Below, in pieces: positions 26,029 through 36,788 of a stretch of DNA of 60,564 nt. The notes beneath the pieces are model-generated. The model was not told where the DNA came from and searched no databases. It saw only the letters and a list, made by a program, of their open reading frames with translations. Position 1 is the stretch's first letter, and the number at the start of each line of letters is the position of its first letter. A program made the translations under genes and the position numbers. The stretch comes from a virus (lineage: Duplodnaviria; Caudoviricetes): positions 1-60,564 of the IMG/VR virus record IMGVR_UViG_3300035670_000224, one strand, 5' to 3'.

Positions 26029-29000
26029 ATGGATTTAACTACATTAAAGTTTAATGTTGATACAGTAAAACTCCAAGAAGCCGTAGAGCTTGTTGGTAAA
26101 TTAACTGCGTCTGTATCTACGCTTAATAAACCTATTCAGGCTGTAACCGAGAAATCAGGTAATCTTTCTACAAGTATTACCAACAACTCAAAAGCAGTTG
26201 ATGATAATACAGACAGTGTAAAAAAGAACCAAACTATTCTTGAAAGACAAGAGAGTATTCTGAAGTTCATGTCTGAGGGCTACTCCAAAGGACAAGCCTC
26301 TATACTTGCCGCAGGTAAGGCTGCTGGACTTGCTAACGCCGAGATGACAAGACTGTCTGAGACTATTGTTACTCAGCGTAAACTTGTAGGCGGCGACCCT
26401 TTTGATAAGAGCGTAAGCGGTTTACGTTCAATGACTCAACAACTAGGGCAAGCCCGTGAAGGCTATCGCCAGATGATTGAGTATCAGAATAAGTATAAAG
26501 CCTTAACAGATGCAGGAGATACTGTAGGCGCTGCATCCCTGACACTGCTAAATAAGAAGGAAACGGATAACCTCTATAGAGATAAGACAAGACTTTTTGA
26601 GCTTTATAAACAAGAAAGAGAAGTCTTAAAACAGAATCTACAGACTCAAATAAGCACTGGTGCAATTTCGATTGCAGAAGAGCAAAAGAAGCTACAAGAA
26701 CAAAAAAGGATATTTGGGCAAAGCCTGAGGGATACTGAAGCTCATTATAAAACGCTTTCAGGGATGAAGCGTCCCATTGAGAATCTCCGCACAGTAGACT
26801 CAACAAAAAGAGCCGATGAACTTCGGTATCTTGCTAGAGCCACGTCTGTACAATTAGGTGATATTGGTATATCGCTTGCAGGTGGTCAAAACCCTCTTAC
26901 AGTCTTCCTACAACAGGGCGACCAATTAAGGGGTGTGTTCAATCAAGTAGGGGCAAGTGCAACTGAAATGAAAGATGCCCTTAGTACAGCGTTCAGTCAA
27001 ATTGTGCGAGGCTTTGTTGACGTTGCTGGAGTGCTTGGTAAGTTTGTTGTCAACGCAGTCGTAGAGGCAACACAGGCAACTGCAAAATTTCTTGCAAACC
27101 TTACAGGTATTCCACAATTACTTGCAAAACTTGAAAGTATGACTGGCGGCTCTGAAGGGGGTTTTGGAAAATTTATTAAATCTATATCACCTATAGCTAT
27201 CAACCTTGCAGCTGGTGCCTTAGCTGGTTTGGCAGCAGCAGCTATTGCCGTAGGTGTAGCTTGGAAAAATATCCTCGAAGTTCAAGGCAATGTTTCAAAA
27301 GCACTCGCTACCAGTGGTGCTGCAATAGCAATTACAACTCAAGAAGCGTTAGCCCTAGCAGAAGCTTTGGCTGACGGCTCTGGCACGACTATACAATACG
27401 CAGAAACTATCGGCGAGATAGCAAAAGCAGGTAACATTAGTAAAGCTGAAATTGCAGACGTATCTAAGATTGCAATTGAATCAGAGAGATACTTAGGTAT
27501 TGCTGTTAAGGATACAATAGCTGCATATTCTAAATTTAGAGATGACCCAGTTAAGGCGCTCATTGACGTAGGCACAGCCACTGGACGTGTAACTGTAGCA
27601 CAAGTTGACCACATAAAAGAGTTATTAGAGGCTGGCGATAAAGTAAAGGCTTTGAAAGAAGCACATGACCTCTATATTGGCAGTGCAGAGCAGGGTATTG
27701 AACAAGTAATAGGGGATATGACTCCACTTGGGCAACTCTGGGACGAGATGAAAGAGAAGTTAAGAGACCTCAAGGAAGGTGTTTACGAATTTGCACAATC
27801 ATCTACTGTGGTAGATGCGCTTAGAATTGTATGGGAGACCTTGGCTGTTACAATTTCCGAAGTTGCTTTTGTTTTCAAGACAATTGGAACTGAGATAGGT
27901 GGACGTGCGGCACAAGCTGCTGCTGTGCTTACTGGGGATTTAACTGGCGCATCAAATATTGGTAAAATGATGAAGGAAGATGCAGCCAAGGCGCGAAAAG
28001 AGCAGGACGCATACGTTGCATCTATACTGAACGGGACTGACGCTAGAAGTAAGGCGAATAAAGTCGATACCGAAGGTAACAAAGCAAGAAGAGAACAGCA
28101 TAAATCTTTAGAAAACTTTATGAAAGCGGAAGAAAAGTTCGGAATTAAATCTGTGCTTACCGCAGAGCAAAAGAAAAGAAAAATCCAAGAAGAAATAACT
28201 AAAATCAAAGCTGACGCTGATAGGCTTAGAAAAGATGGTGGACTCTCTCCAGCCGAGATAGACAGACGTGAAAAAGACTTGATTGGAAACGTGGAAGACT
28301 TTTACAAAGATAAGAACAAAGGTAAAAAAGGCTCTGGTAATAGGGATAGAACAGCAGCAGAGAGAGACAGAATAGCAGCAGAAAAAGATAAGTTTGATGC
28401 AGAATTAAAAGACCTTGCTAACAAAAGAAAAGAAATCGAGAACGAAGAAAAGACACGTCTTGACGAACTTAAATTTAGACAAGATATGGAGCTGGTTAAC
28501 ACCAAAGACTTCATAAATGAAAAGTACAAAATAGAAGCTGACAGTCTACAAAAGACTTTAGAAAACTACGAAGCAGAGAGAAAGATTCTTGAGAAACAAA
28601 AGAACAACAAAAAAGAGCTAGAAGAGTTAGCAGGTAAAGTCGCGGGTGTTACACAACAACAAAAAGATTTGCCAGTTAAACAAGGAAGGGAATTAACCCT
28701 AGTAGATTATAAAGAAGCAAAAGAGCAGAAAGCAGTCGACCAAAAGATTATAGATGGTTATTTAGAAGAAGCCAAAGCGCTTGGTGCAAGCAATGAGCAG
28801 CTGAGACTTAGAAATGAATTACAAGGGTTAAATCAAACTCAAACCGATGCACTCACAAACAAAAAACAAGATAAGTTAGTCGGAGACGCAGTTGCAGATT
28901 TAGTAGATGCTCAGAATATGTCCACAGGAACAGATGCTGATGCAGCTAAGATTGCAGCCTTAGAAAGGATTGTAGAGTTAAGAAAGCAAAACAGAGACTT

Positions 29001-31404
29001 AATACTTGAATCACAAGACTCTTCTTTAGTCTCTAATCTTAAAGACATGGCAGATATTACAGGCTCAATGGGCGAAGGCTTTGCTAAAGCTACTCAATCC
29101 ATAAAGGGCTTTGCTAAGGGTATAGACACAGTTCAAAAAGCCCAAAAGAACATGAAGCAAGGCTCTATCGAGCAAACATCTGCAACCGTCGGTGGTTATG
29201 CAGAAATGGCTGGTGCTGCCAAAGGATTCTTTGAAGAGGGTACTGCTGGTTACGAAATCCTAGGCGCAGCAGAACAAGCGTTCCGTGCGGTGCAATTAGC
29301 TATGTCTATCGCAGCAATGGTACAAAGTAAAACAGAGGCTGCTTCCTCGGTAGCTGATAGTACAGCAAAGGGAAGTGCTTCAGTCTTTGCAGGTGTTGCT
29401 AAAGCCTTTGAACAGATGGGTGTTTTTGGTTTTATTGGTGCTGCTGCTATCATTGCATTTATGGCAGGTGTTGGCGGGGGTGGTGGCTCTGGTGGTGGTG
29501 GAGGTGGAAGCGGTGGTGCTTCAAGTTTAAGAGCACCAGAAGGCTACGAAATGCTAGACAGCGGCAGGATGGCTAAGAAAGCCCCTGAAGCTGATTGGCA
29601 AGGTAACATGGACCAAAGCAAATATGACGCTTGGGTAGAAGAGGAAGCAGCTGCACAAAGAGCTTGGGAGGCAACTAGAAAACTGAACGGCGGTCTGACC
29701 GAACTCGAAGAGAAGTTAGAAGGCGTTAAGAGAGGTGTACAAGGCACAGGACGTGCAGCATACGAGACTGCTACAGAGGGTATGTCAGACGCTGAAAGGT
29801 CAACCTACGACTACAATGCGTCTTTGAAAATGCAAGCTGCTGTGTTGATTGATATAGCAAACGGCACTGAAAACACCAGCGATACAATGCGAGAACTCGC
29901 TCAAGAATCTGAGCAACTTGCTATTGATTTGATGAGAGCATCTGGTGATATTGCTGGTGCAAGACAAGCTCAAGCAATGATTGACACTCGTGGTTATACA
30001 GAGCAAGAGGTTGCAGTGTACAACCACAACCAAGCACTCAGAGACCAGATTGAATCTTACAATGCAGCTAGTCAAGCAGCAGAAGATTTAGCTCAGAAAC
30101 AATGGGATGTATCGTCTCGCTTGAACTTGTTGTTAAACAGAACTACTCAGACACAAATAGACAGAACAGCAGAGTTAGCTGAAACTACAGATGCTTCAGT
30201 TATCGGCATGTTGAACTTGATTTATGTGCTTGAGGACATGAACACTGCTATTGATAATAGTTTTGCTACACTTGAAAGAAGCATCGAAGCAGAGAAGAAA
30301 CTTGCTAATACGAGATTACAAGCAGCTACTGCATTGCAGTCTGCACTTAAATCTTCTGTAACAGCAGCAACCGACGACCTGACAAGAAAGCAAGCACAAG
30401 ACCGTTTATTGGGCTTTTTAGAGCTTGCTAAGTCTACTGGTGCTCTACCTACAGCCGATGCAATTTCATCGACATTAAGGGCTTTAGGAGCACCATCTGA
30501 GGAACTATTCAGCAACTTTGTTGATTATCAGCGGGACTTCTTAAAGACAGCTAATAACATCAGTGAAATGTCAACTCTTGCAGATAAGCAAGTGTCTATG
30601 GAGCAAAAAACTCTTGACAATCTTGACGCTCAATTGAAGACAGCACAAGACCAGTTAGACGCTTTGAGAGGTGTAGATAACTCTGTTAAAGATGTAGCTA
30701 CTGCGGTAGCTGACTTTAATGCAGCTATGCAAGCCTTGGCAGCAGAACAAGCAAGAGCAGGTAGCTACAGCTACAGCCCTATAACTGGAGGCGGCGGAGG
30801 CGGGGGTGGAGGAGGCGGTGGAGCAGGTGCTCCAGCCTTTGAAGATATTGCTGGGCAAGATAACAAGGATATTGTTGCAGCTTACCGAGCATACTTTAAT
30901 AGAAACCCAGACGAGGGTGGCTACCGAACTTGGTTAGAGCAGTACAACAAGGGTATTGTTGGCGATAAACTGATGCAGTTAATCCTAGGTAGTGCTCAAG
31001 GCGGCGACAGAGATATGGCTATATCTCGTGGCTATAATCCAGATGACCCGTCTGTGAAATACTTACGTAGTATACTGAATCCAAGCACTCAAACTACAAA
31101 CAGCAGCAATTACATAGATTCGTTTGCAGTTGGTATCAATGAAGTGCCAGAGGATATGACAGCTAATATCCATAAGGGCGAGCGTATCTTACCTGCTGCG
31201 GATAATAGAGAATTGTTTAGACGTTTACAAAGCCCAGAAGTGAATGCGTCTGTTTTAGCAGCAGCAGTTGCTAGACTGACTCAAGAAGTGGAAGGGCTTA
31301 GGGTTGAACAACGTCAGACAGCTATCAACACAGGAGATACTTCTAAGATATTGAAACGACTTGGAGGGGAGGATGATATGTTAACAGTGAGGGTATCAGA
31401 ATGA
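26029..31404 (+). CDS. tail tape measure protein
   Basis: 1791 aa, helical Ala/Lys/Glu-rich; lambda-type QLGDIGISLAGGQNPLTVFLQQG motif; C-terminal FAVG...IHKGERILP. Confidence 0.9.
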   Translation: MDLTTLKFNVDTVKLQEAVELVGKLTASVSTLNKPIQAVTEKSGNLSTSITNNSKAVDDNTDSVKKNQTILERQESILKFMSEGYSKGQASILAAGKAAGLANAEMTRLSETIVTQRKLVGGDPFDKSVSGLRSMTQQLGQAREGYRQMIEYQNKYKALTDAGDTVGAASLTLLNKKETDNLYRDKTRLFELYKQEREVLKQNLQTQISTGAISIAEEQKKLQEQKRIFGQSLRDTEAHYKTLSGMKRPIENLRTVDSTKRADELRYLARATSVQLGDIGISLAGGQNPLTVFLQQGDQLRGVFNQVGASATEMKDALSTAFSQIVRGFVDVAGVLGKFVVNAVVEATQATAKFLANLTGIPQLLAKLESMTGGSEGGFGKFIKSISPIAINLAAGALAGLAAAAIAVGVAWKNILEVQGNVSKALATSGAAIAITTQEALALAEALADGSGTTIQYAETIGEIAKAGNISKAEIADVSKIAIESERYLGIAVKDTIAAYSKFRDDPVKALIDVGTATGRVTVAQVDHIKELLEAGDKVKALKEAHDLYIGSAEQGIEQVIGDMTPLGQLWDEMKEKLRDLKEGVYEFAQSSTVVDALRIVWETLAVTISEVAFVFKTIGTEIGGRAAQAAAVLTGDLTGASNIGKMMKEDAAKARKEQDAYVASILNGTDARSKANKVDTEGNKARREQHKSLENFMKAEEKFGIKSVLTAEQKKRKIQEEITKIKADADRLRKDGGLSPAEIDRREKDLIGNVEDFYKDKNKGKKGSGNRDRTAAERDRIAAEKDKFDAELKDLANKRKEIENEEKTRLDELKFRQDMELVNTKDFINEKYKIEADSLQKTLENYEAERKILEKQKNNKKELEELAGKVAGVTQQQKDLPVKQGRELTLVDYKEAKEQKAVDQKIIDGYLEEAKALGASNEQLRLRNELQGLNQTQTDALTNKKQDKLVGDAVADLVDAQNMSTGTDADAAKIAALERIVELRKQNRDLILESQDSSLVSNLKDMADITGSMGEGFAKATQSIKGFAKGIDTVQKAQKNMKQGSIEQTSATVGGYAEMAGAAKGFFEEGTAGYEILGAAEQAFRAVQLAMSIAAMVQSKTEAASSVADSTAKGSASVFAGVAKAFEQMGVFGFIGAAAIIAFMAGVGGGGGSGGGGGGSGGASSLRAPEGYEMLDSGRMAKKAPEADWQGNMDQSKYDAWVEEEAAAQRAWEATRKLNGGLTELEEKLEGVKRGVQGTGRAAYETATEGMSDAERSTYDYNASLKMQAAVLIDIANGTENTSDTMRELAQESEQLAIDLMRASGDIAGARQAQAMIDTRGYTEQEVAVYNHNQALRDQIESYNAASQAAEDLAQKQWDVSSRLNLLLNRTTQTQIDRTAELAETTDASVIGMLNLIYVLEDMNTAIDNSFATLERSIEAEKKLANTRLQAATALQSALKSSVTAATDDLTRKQAQDRLLGFLELAKSTGALPTADAISSTLRALGAPSEELFSNFVDYQRDFLKTANNISEMSTLADKQVSMEQKTLDNLDAQLKTAQDQLDALRGVDNSVKDVATAVADFNAAMQALAAEQARAGSYSYSPITGGGGGGGGGGGGAGAPAFEDIAGQDNKDIVAAYRAYFNRNPDEGGYRTWLEQYNKGIVGDKLMQLILGSAQGGDRDMAISRGYNPDDPSVKYLRSILNPSTQTTNSSNYIDSFAVGINEVPEDMTANIHKGERILPAADNRELFRRLQSPEVNASVLAAAVARLTQEVEGLRVEQRQTAINTGDTSKILKRLGGEDDMLTVRVSE

Positions 31405-32813
31405 AGGTAATCCAACCTTTAACAATTACAGAAGATAATCTAATTTCATCAAACCTTTACGATGTTGCCCCAGCTTTGTATGATGCTGGGACAACGTACG
31501 CTCTGGGAGATTATGTAGGTGTAGCTGGTGAGCTTGGGGAGATACTTATTTACAAGTCTCTCCAAGCTAGTAACACTGGTAATACACCTGCATCTTCACC
31601 GACTTGGTGGGAGTATAGTAGCAAGACTTACGAGACTTACAACCTTTTTGCAAAATATGTTGGCGTTGGGTACAGAGTTATAGACCCAACAAGCTCAAGT
31701 ATCTATGAAAGTCTTATTCCTTATAATGAGTATCAACCATTAGACATAACTGCTACGCCCGTTTGGGCAAAAGGGGATAAGACAAGCCTTACTTTACCAG
31801 ATACATGGGCAATTGGTACAACATATACATTTGGGCAGTTGGTTTATGCAGAAAATAAAGTTACAGATTTAGGTACAGGTATTACCACTGTCTACGAGAA
31901 CGGTGTTTTTAAATTAACTACTGCATCTAGCACGGGTACAAGCCCTTTTTCAAAGATTTTCCCAAATCCTTGGGAGTTTGTACCAACTTACCCTGTACCT
32001 TATTTTGAAACTGCTATATACTTATCAGGTAGCCAAGTCAGAGACGAGTCAGACATTGCATATACGGCGTTAAGGAATACAAAATATACTGCGCTTAATA
32101 ACCCAGCCGCTTGGTTTAAGATTGGCAGCAGTAATCGTATGGCAATGTTTGATTCTCAATCCACTACTCAAAGTATAGCAGCCAAGGAAGTCATTGTAAC
32201 TATAGCTAGTGGTATTATTGACACAGTTGCTCTTATTAACGTAAGTGCTTCGTTTGCAGAAATAACAGTTAGGGATGGATTAGGGGGAACGATTGTATTT
32301 CAAAAAACTATAGGACTTTCTGGTGGCAATCCTGCTAACGCTTGGGACTATTACTTTACTGACCCGACGATTAAGCTCACCCAAGGTGTTGTAGAGGGTA
32401 TACCACCTTTTATCAATTCGCACGTGACCATTAAATTAACTGACGCGAATACGGTGAAAATAGGTAATGTTGTAATAGGTAGAGCTAAAGACTTAGGTCT
32501 AACTACAACGGGGTCTCAAGCAGGTATTTTAGACTTCTCTACAAAAAATACGGATGCTTTTGGTTTCACTACCTTTGTACAAAGAGGTTATAAAAAGACT
32601 TTATCTGTGCAAACAGAAATTAACAAAGCTGATATAAACAAAGTTCAAAATACTTTGTACAGCCTTAGAGCCACACCTTGTCTTTGGCTATCTACCGCTG
32701 ACCCTGCATTATCAGAGCCAATGGTTCTATATGGTTTTTATAAGAACTTTAGTACAGATATTAGTTACCCAACACATTCGTTGTGTTCACTAGACATAGA
32801 AGGATTGATATAA
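31401..32813 (+). CDS. tail tip / distal tail protein with inserted carbohydrate-binding-like repeats
   Basis: Follows TMP; YDAGTTYALGDYV and WAIGTTYTFGQLV repeats; C-terminal LRATPCLW...YGFYKNF. Confidence 0.65.
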   Translation: MKVIQPLTITEDNLISSNLYDVAPALYDAGTTYALGDYVGVAGELGEILIYKSLQASNTGNTPASSPTWWEYSSKTYETYNLFAKYVGVGYRVIDPTSSSIYESLIPYNEYQPLDITATPVWAKGDKTSLTLPDTWAIGTTYTFGQLVYAENKVTDLGTGITTVYENGVFKLTTASSTGTSPFSKIFPNPWEFVPTYPVPYFETAIYLSGSQVRDESDIAYTALRNTKYTALNNPAAWFKIGSSNRMAMFDSQSTTQSIAAKEVIVTIASGIIDTVALINVSASFAEITVRDGLGGTIVFQKTIGLSGGNPANAWDYYFTDPTIKLTQGVVEGIPPFINSHVTIKLTDANTVKIGNVVIGRAKDLGLTTTGSQAGILDFSTKNTDAFGFTTFVQRGYKKTLSVQTEINKADINKVQNTLYSLRATPCLWLSTADPALSEPMVLYGFYKNFSTDISYPTHSLCSLDIEGLI

Positions 32814-32846
32814 AATGGAAATAAGATTTAATATAGGAGAGCAAGC

Positions 32847-34160
32847 ATGACAGTTCCAGTTTTTACAGGTAATGTACCCAATCGTTTATCTTCTCCTGAG
32901 ACTTTCTCAGCGGATACTGACTCATACCATGCAGAATTAGGTGGAGTTATTGCAGGTATGAATGAGACCGCTATTGCTATGAATTTAAACAGCACTACAG
33001 ATACTTCTAGCACAAGTCTTGCCATAAGTTTAGGTAGTAAAAGTTTAACTGTATCTATAGCTAAGTCATTCCAAGCAGGAATGTACTTAATACTTGCAGA
33101 TAGTGCAGCACCTAGTACAAATAGTATGGTAGTGCAAGTCACAAGTTATAATGCAGGTACTGGTGCAATGGCGGCAGAGTGTGTGCAAGTCAAGGGAAGC
33201 GGAACAAAAACATCTTGGGTTATATCTCAATCTGCTTCACCTTCCTTAGATATATCAGCAGCTATGCTGCCTGTTACATCTGCCAGTACTATTGAGGCAG
33301 CACGCACAGCACTAGGTTCTACAACTGTAGGTGATGCAGTATTTGTAGCAGCCAATGCTACAGTCGCTCAGGCCGCTTTAGATGTATACTCAAAAGCCGA
33401 AATTGCAATACCAAACCTAATCGACAACAGTAATTTTGCTATCAATCAGCGCGGCGTGGTTAGTACAGTTACACTGGCAGCTGGCGCATACGGGCACGAC
33501 CGTTGGAAAGCTGGAGTTAGTGGCTGTGTATACGATTTTTCAGCTTCAGGCGGCATCACCACCATTACAATCAGTTCTGGTTCACTGGTACAGGTTGTTA
33601 ATGGTGTTGAGCTACTGACAGGCGCTTACAAGGTTCACTGGACTGGCACAGCGCAAGGGCGCGTTGTGGGCGGTAGTTATGCGACTGATTCATTTACAGT
33701 TACAGCCGTGGCGGGCAGTAACCTCTCACTTGAGTTTGGTATTGGCACACTGTCAAAAGTTAAAATGAATGAGGGGACGGTATCGAATAAATGGTACATG
33801 CCAAACACTCAAGATGAGCTGATGAAGTGTCAAAAGTACGTTGTTAAGTTATTAAGCGGAGTCTCGCTCGAAACGCTTGGGCTGGCTGCATCGTCATCAT
33901 CAACGGCCGCAATTTGCATTGTGCCACTGCAAGTAAAAATGAATGCAACACCTACGCTTACATATTTATCAGGTAACACTACTAACCTTGCATTTGGCTC
34001 ACCTATATCTGGCACCCTTTCAGGTATCAGTGCTGTATCACTTGGAAACGACGGTAAGTCTATCCGCTTAGATTTGACTGGCACTGGGTTAACAGTAGGC
34101 GCGTCAATCCTGCGCCAAAACTCTGGTACACCTATTTTAATAGCAGCAGCTGATTTATAA
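32847..34160 (+). CDS. tail fibre / receptor-binding protein
   Basis: NLIDNSNFAINQRG...YGHDRW and ELMKCQKY fibre motifs. Confidence 0.72.
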   Translation: MTVPVFTGNVPNRLSSPETFSADTDSYHAELGGVIAGMNETAIAMNLNSTTDTSSTSLAISLGSKSLTVSIAKSFQAGMYLILADSAAPSTNSMVVQVTSYNAGTGAMAAECVQVKGSGTKTSWVISQSASPSLDISAAMLPVTSASTIEAARTALGSTTVGDAVFVAANATVAQAALDVYSKAEIAIPNLIDNSNFAINQRGVVSTVTLAAGAYGHDRWKAGVSGCVYDFSASGGITTITISSGSLVQVVNGVELLTGAYKVHWTGTAQGRVVGGSYATDSFTVTAVAGSNLSLEFGIGTLSKVKMNEGTVSNKWYMPNTQDELMKCQKYVVKLLSGVSLETLGLAASSSSTAAICIVPLQVKMNATPTLTYLSGNTTNLAFGSPISGTLSGISAVSLGNDGKSIRLDLTGTGLTVGASILRQNSGTPILIAAADL

Positions 34161-34170
34161 GGGCACAACC

Positions 34171-34614
34171 ATGTACCAACTTAACGCAGCAGGGTCAATT
34201 ATCCGATTAGAGGATGGCGCAATTATTCCTCCAGACGAAAACAACAGCGATTACAAACAATATCAATCGTGGGTGGAAAGCGATAATGTCGCACAGCCAG
34301 CAGATGTGCTTACTCCTACGCAAGCCCAACTAGATTACGACCGATACATCAGACGCGCCCAAGCGAAGGATAAAATCCTTGCCGAGTTCGCGTCTGAAAA
34401 TATGAGCCGCATTCGTGCGGGAACTTGGACAGTGCCTAACCTTGTCGAACTGACACAGGACTCTCAATTGAATTTGCTGCTGGCCAACATCAATACCCTA
34501 AGTTTTGAGCTTGCCATTAGCTCTATCCAAGGCATAACAAACCCTTTAATCACGTCTGAAATAAAAGCTGGCTGGGTAGCCAAGTTGCAGGCTCACTTGT
34601 ACCTAGTGCCATGA
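34171..34614 (+). CDS. tail fibre assembly-like protein
   Basis: IIRLEDGAIIPPDENNSDYKQYQSW motif; follows the fibre gene. Confidence 0.65.
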   Translation: MYQLNAAGSIIRLEDGAIIPPDENNSDYKQYQSWVESDNVAQPADVLTPTQAQLDYDRYIRRAQAKDKILAEFASENMSRIRAGTWTVPNLVELTQDSQLNLLLANINTLSFELAISSIQGITNPLITSEIKAGWVAKLQAHLYLVP

Positions 34615-34700
34615 TTATCCTAGGCTATATCGGTGACTACAAAAAAAAAAGACACACTGTCAGTGCGATTGGGGTGGTGGTTTAGGTATGACCGAGGTAC
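34611..34700 (+). pseudogene. frameshifted gene remnant
   Basis: MIILGYIGDYKK, then an A10 run shifts to DTLSVRLGWW; no intact continuation. Confidence 0.35.
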
Positions 34701-34819
34701 AACTCGACGAACTATTTATAGCAGCAGCAGCAATACCATGATGCACCTATTCGCAGGGGCTTAAATACGCACCACCATTGGTGATTTGTTTTTGGAATAT
34801 TTATTTTTAAGAGGTAATT

Positions 34820-35317
34820 ATGAGCATAGCTTATGTATTTGTTTTTTTACTTGTGGTGTGGTTGATTTATCGCGCTAAAAAGTTAGGTAAATTCAAAGAA
34901 AAGGGGAAACCCTTGCCTGTAAATAAGACCCATGCTGGCAGGTATATCGGAGACATCACCGCAGCTACAGACAAAGAAGGAAAAATGCTTACTTGGGGTG
35001 GGGTGAATGATGAGCATAGCCCAGCGGACACAGCGGCTACCTTAGCAGCTAGACCTGACTGGCGCGGTTTGGGGTATTGTCCCGCTGGAACTTTTGACTT
35101 TACAGTAGGAGCTGATAAAATCATCCGAGGCTTTGCAACTATCTACGGCCACCGCGTAAACGTGCTGTTAAACCCTTATATGCACGAAAGCAACATTGAG
35201 TTTTTTGTCGATGGTCACGTTGTAAATTTGACGTTTGACAATGGGAAAGTCACTGGTAGGTTATGGGAGGGGCACGATAAATTAAAGCGTGCAACTGTAT
35301 CTGGGATTCGTGTGTGA
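34820..35317 (+). CDS. hypothetical protein with N-terminal membrane anchor
   Basis: GAGGT RBS; hydrophobic residues 3-17. Confidence 0.7.
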   Translation: MSIAYVFVFLLVVWLIYRAKKLGKFKEKGKPLPVNKTHAGRYIGDITAATDKEGKMLTWGGVNDEHSPADTAATLAARPDWRGLGYCPAGTFDFTVGADKIIRGFATIYGHRVNVLLNPYMHESNIEFFVDGHVVNLTFDNGKVTGRLWEGHDKLKRATVSGIRV

Positions 35318-35358
35318 GAACCTTAATTTTATAAGGTGAAAAGTTAAAGAGGTGAACC

Positions 35359-35781
35359 ATGAAAATAGGTTTTAAAAGAGGTAGTAAATTCTATAGCCCT
35401 ATTGTCAGGGCTTTTACAACAAGTCGGTGGTCTCATGCGGTTTTGCTGATTCGTGGACGCATTTACGAGTCAACGGCGTTACGTGGCAAGTATTACAAAT
35501 CAGGTGTAAGGGATTATCCAAGTACGCCTGAAATAGAAGCTGAATACGAATGGTTTGACTCTTGCGTCGATGAAAATCAGGCTTTACGGCGATACGAGAA
35601 AATAAAGAATTGTAAATATGACTATGCCAGTTTACTTTCATTTCTCTTATTAAAAGTACGGGATTCAAAAAGATACTATTGCTACGAAGCTGTTCTATAT
35701 ATGATGCTAGGAAGGGTGGACGAACGCGCTACAAGTGAAGTCATCTTAGCGTGGGAAATGCGATTAAGAGGTAATTTATGA
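35359..35781 (+). CDS. permuted papain-like (YiiX/YaeF, NlpC/P60-related) enzyme
   Basis: WSHAVL (His) precedes YDY and YYCYE (Cys). Confidence 0.7.
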   Translation: MKIGFKRGSKFYSPIVRAFTTSRWSHAVLLIRGRIYESTALRGKYYKSGVRDYPSTPEIEAEYEWFDSCVDENQALRRYEKIKNCKYDYASLLSFLLLKVRDSKRYYCYEAVLYMMLGRVDERATSEVILAWEMRLRGNL

Positions 35782-35975
35782 CTAATATAAGAATCAGTGA
35801 TGCACTATTATTAGCAATCTTTTGCAGCGTAGTCCTATTTGTTACAGGTATTAGTTCAATTCATTATGCAGTGCAGTTTGATGAGTGGACACAGAATTTT
35901 GTTTATTTTCTAGGTCGAATACCTATTTTGTTTTTTGTTATTTTAGTATATTTTAACGGTGTTAAAAATGAATAA
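35778..35975 (+). CDS. small two-TM membrane protein
   Basis: 65 aa hydrophobic, at the start of the lysis region. Confidence 0.55.
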   Translation: MTNIRISDALLLAIFCSVVLFVTGISSIHYAVQFDEWTQNFVYFLGRIPILFFVILVYFNGVKNE

Positions 35976-36261
35976 CCTAGTTACTGAACCAGTCGGTTTT
36001 AAGTTTACGTTAGCTGGTTTCTTTGCGTGGGGTTATTCTGTCCTACAGGGAGTTGACCTAACACAAGTAATCGGCTTCTTTACCCTTATAATCGGTATTG
36101 TAATCCAAGTTGTTGCGTACTACCGACAACGTAAAGCAGATGAGCGTGCTAAAGAAGCAGATAAGCGCGACAAAATAAAATACGAATTAGAAGTAGAGTT
36201 GCTCCAGAAACAATTAGCAGCTCACGGAAAGGTTGTAAAAACTCATGGCAGCGACTCCTAA
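35968..36261 (+). CDS. putative holin
   Basis: Two hydrophobic segments and a charged C-terminus, immediately before the endolysin. Confidence 0.65.
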   Translation: MNNLVTEPVGFKFTLAGFFAWGYSVLQGVDLTQVIGFFTLIIGIVIQVVAYYRQRKADERAKEADKRDKIKYELEVELLQKQLAAHGKVVKTHGSDS

Positions 36262-36787
36262 TAGGACACCGATAGCACGTATTATTATTTCAACAGTACT
36301 AGCTTCTACTGTAATGCTTTATGAGCATTTTGTACCAGATGCAATGATACCAATAAAAGGGGATGTTCCCACAATAGGGTATGGTACTACTGTTAATCCA
36401 GATACAGGTAAGCCTGTCAAATTAGGTGACAAGATTGACAGGAAAACAGCAGACAGGTACTTAATGAAAGACCTCGATGTTTTCAAGACTGGTCTAGCTA
36501 AGTGCGTTAAAGCGCCATTGTCAGAGAACGAGTTTAATGCTTTCATGTCCTTGACATACAACATAGGTGTATCAGCAATCTGTAACTCTAGTATACCTAG
36601 TAAACTTAACCTAGGTCAGTATGATGCAGCTTGTAAGACTATCTTACAATTTAACAAAATGAAAGATGTCTCAAAGCCGATGTACTATGACAAGGCAACT
36701 AAGAAATGGAAGTACCAGTTGAAGGTTGTTAAGGGTTTAGATAATCGCAGAAAGCAAGAGTACGCTACTTGTATTAAGGGGGGCTAG
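36245..36787 (+). CDS. endolysin, GH24 lysozyme (possible SAR type)
   Basis: E...GDVPTIGYGTT, YNIG, GLDNRRKQEY; hydrophobic N-terminal segment just before the catalytic Glu. Confidence 0.88.
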   Translation: MAATPNRTPIARIIISTVLASTVMLYEHFVPDAMIPIKGDVPTIGYGTTVNPDTGKPVKLGDKIDRKTADRYLMKDLDVFKTGLAKCVKAPLSENEFNAFMSLTYNIGVSAICNSSIPSKLNLGQYDAACKTILQFNKMKDVSKPMYYDKATKKWKYQLKVVKGLDNRRKQEYATCIKGG

Positions 36788-36788
36788 A

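Noticed and set aside
29470-30830. GGT/GGC/GGA triplet runs as DNA repeats
   Set aside because: They encode poly-Gly linkers in the tape measure protein.
19823-30858. Many minus-strand ORFs of 60-196 aa opposite structural genes
   Set aside because: Antisense shadows of codon-biased genes, without RBS or motifs.
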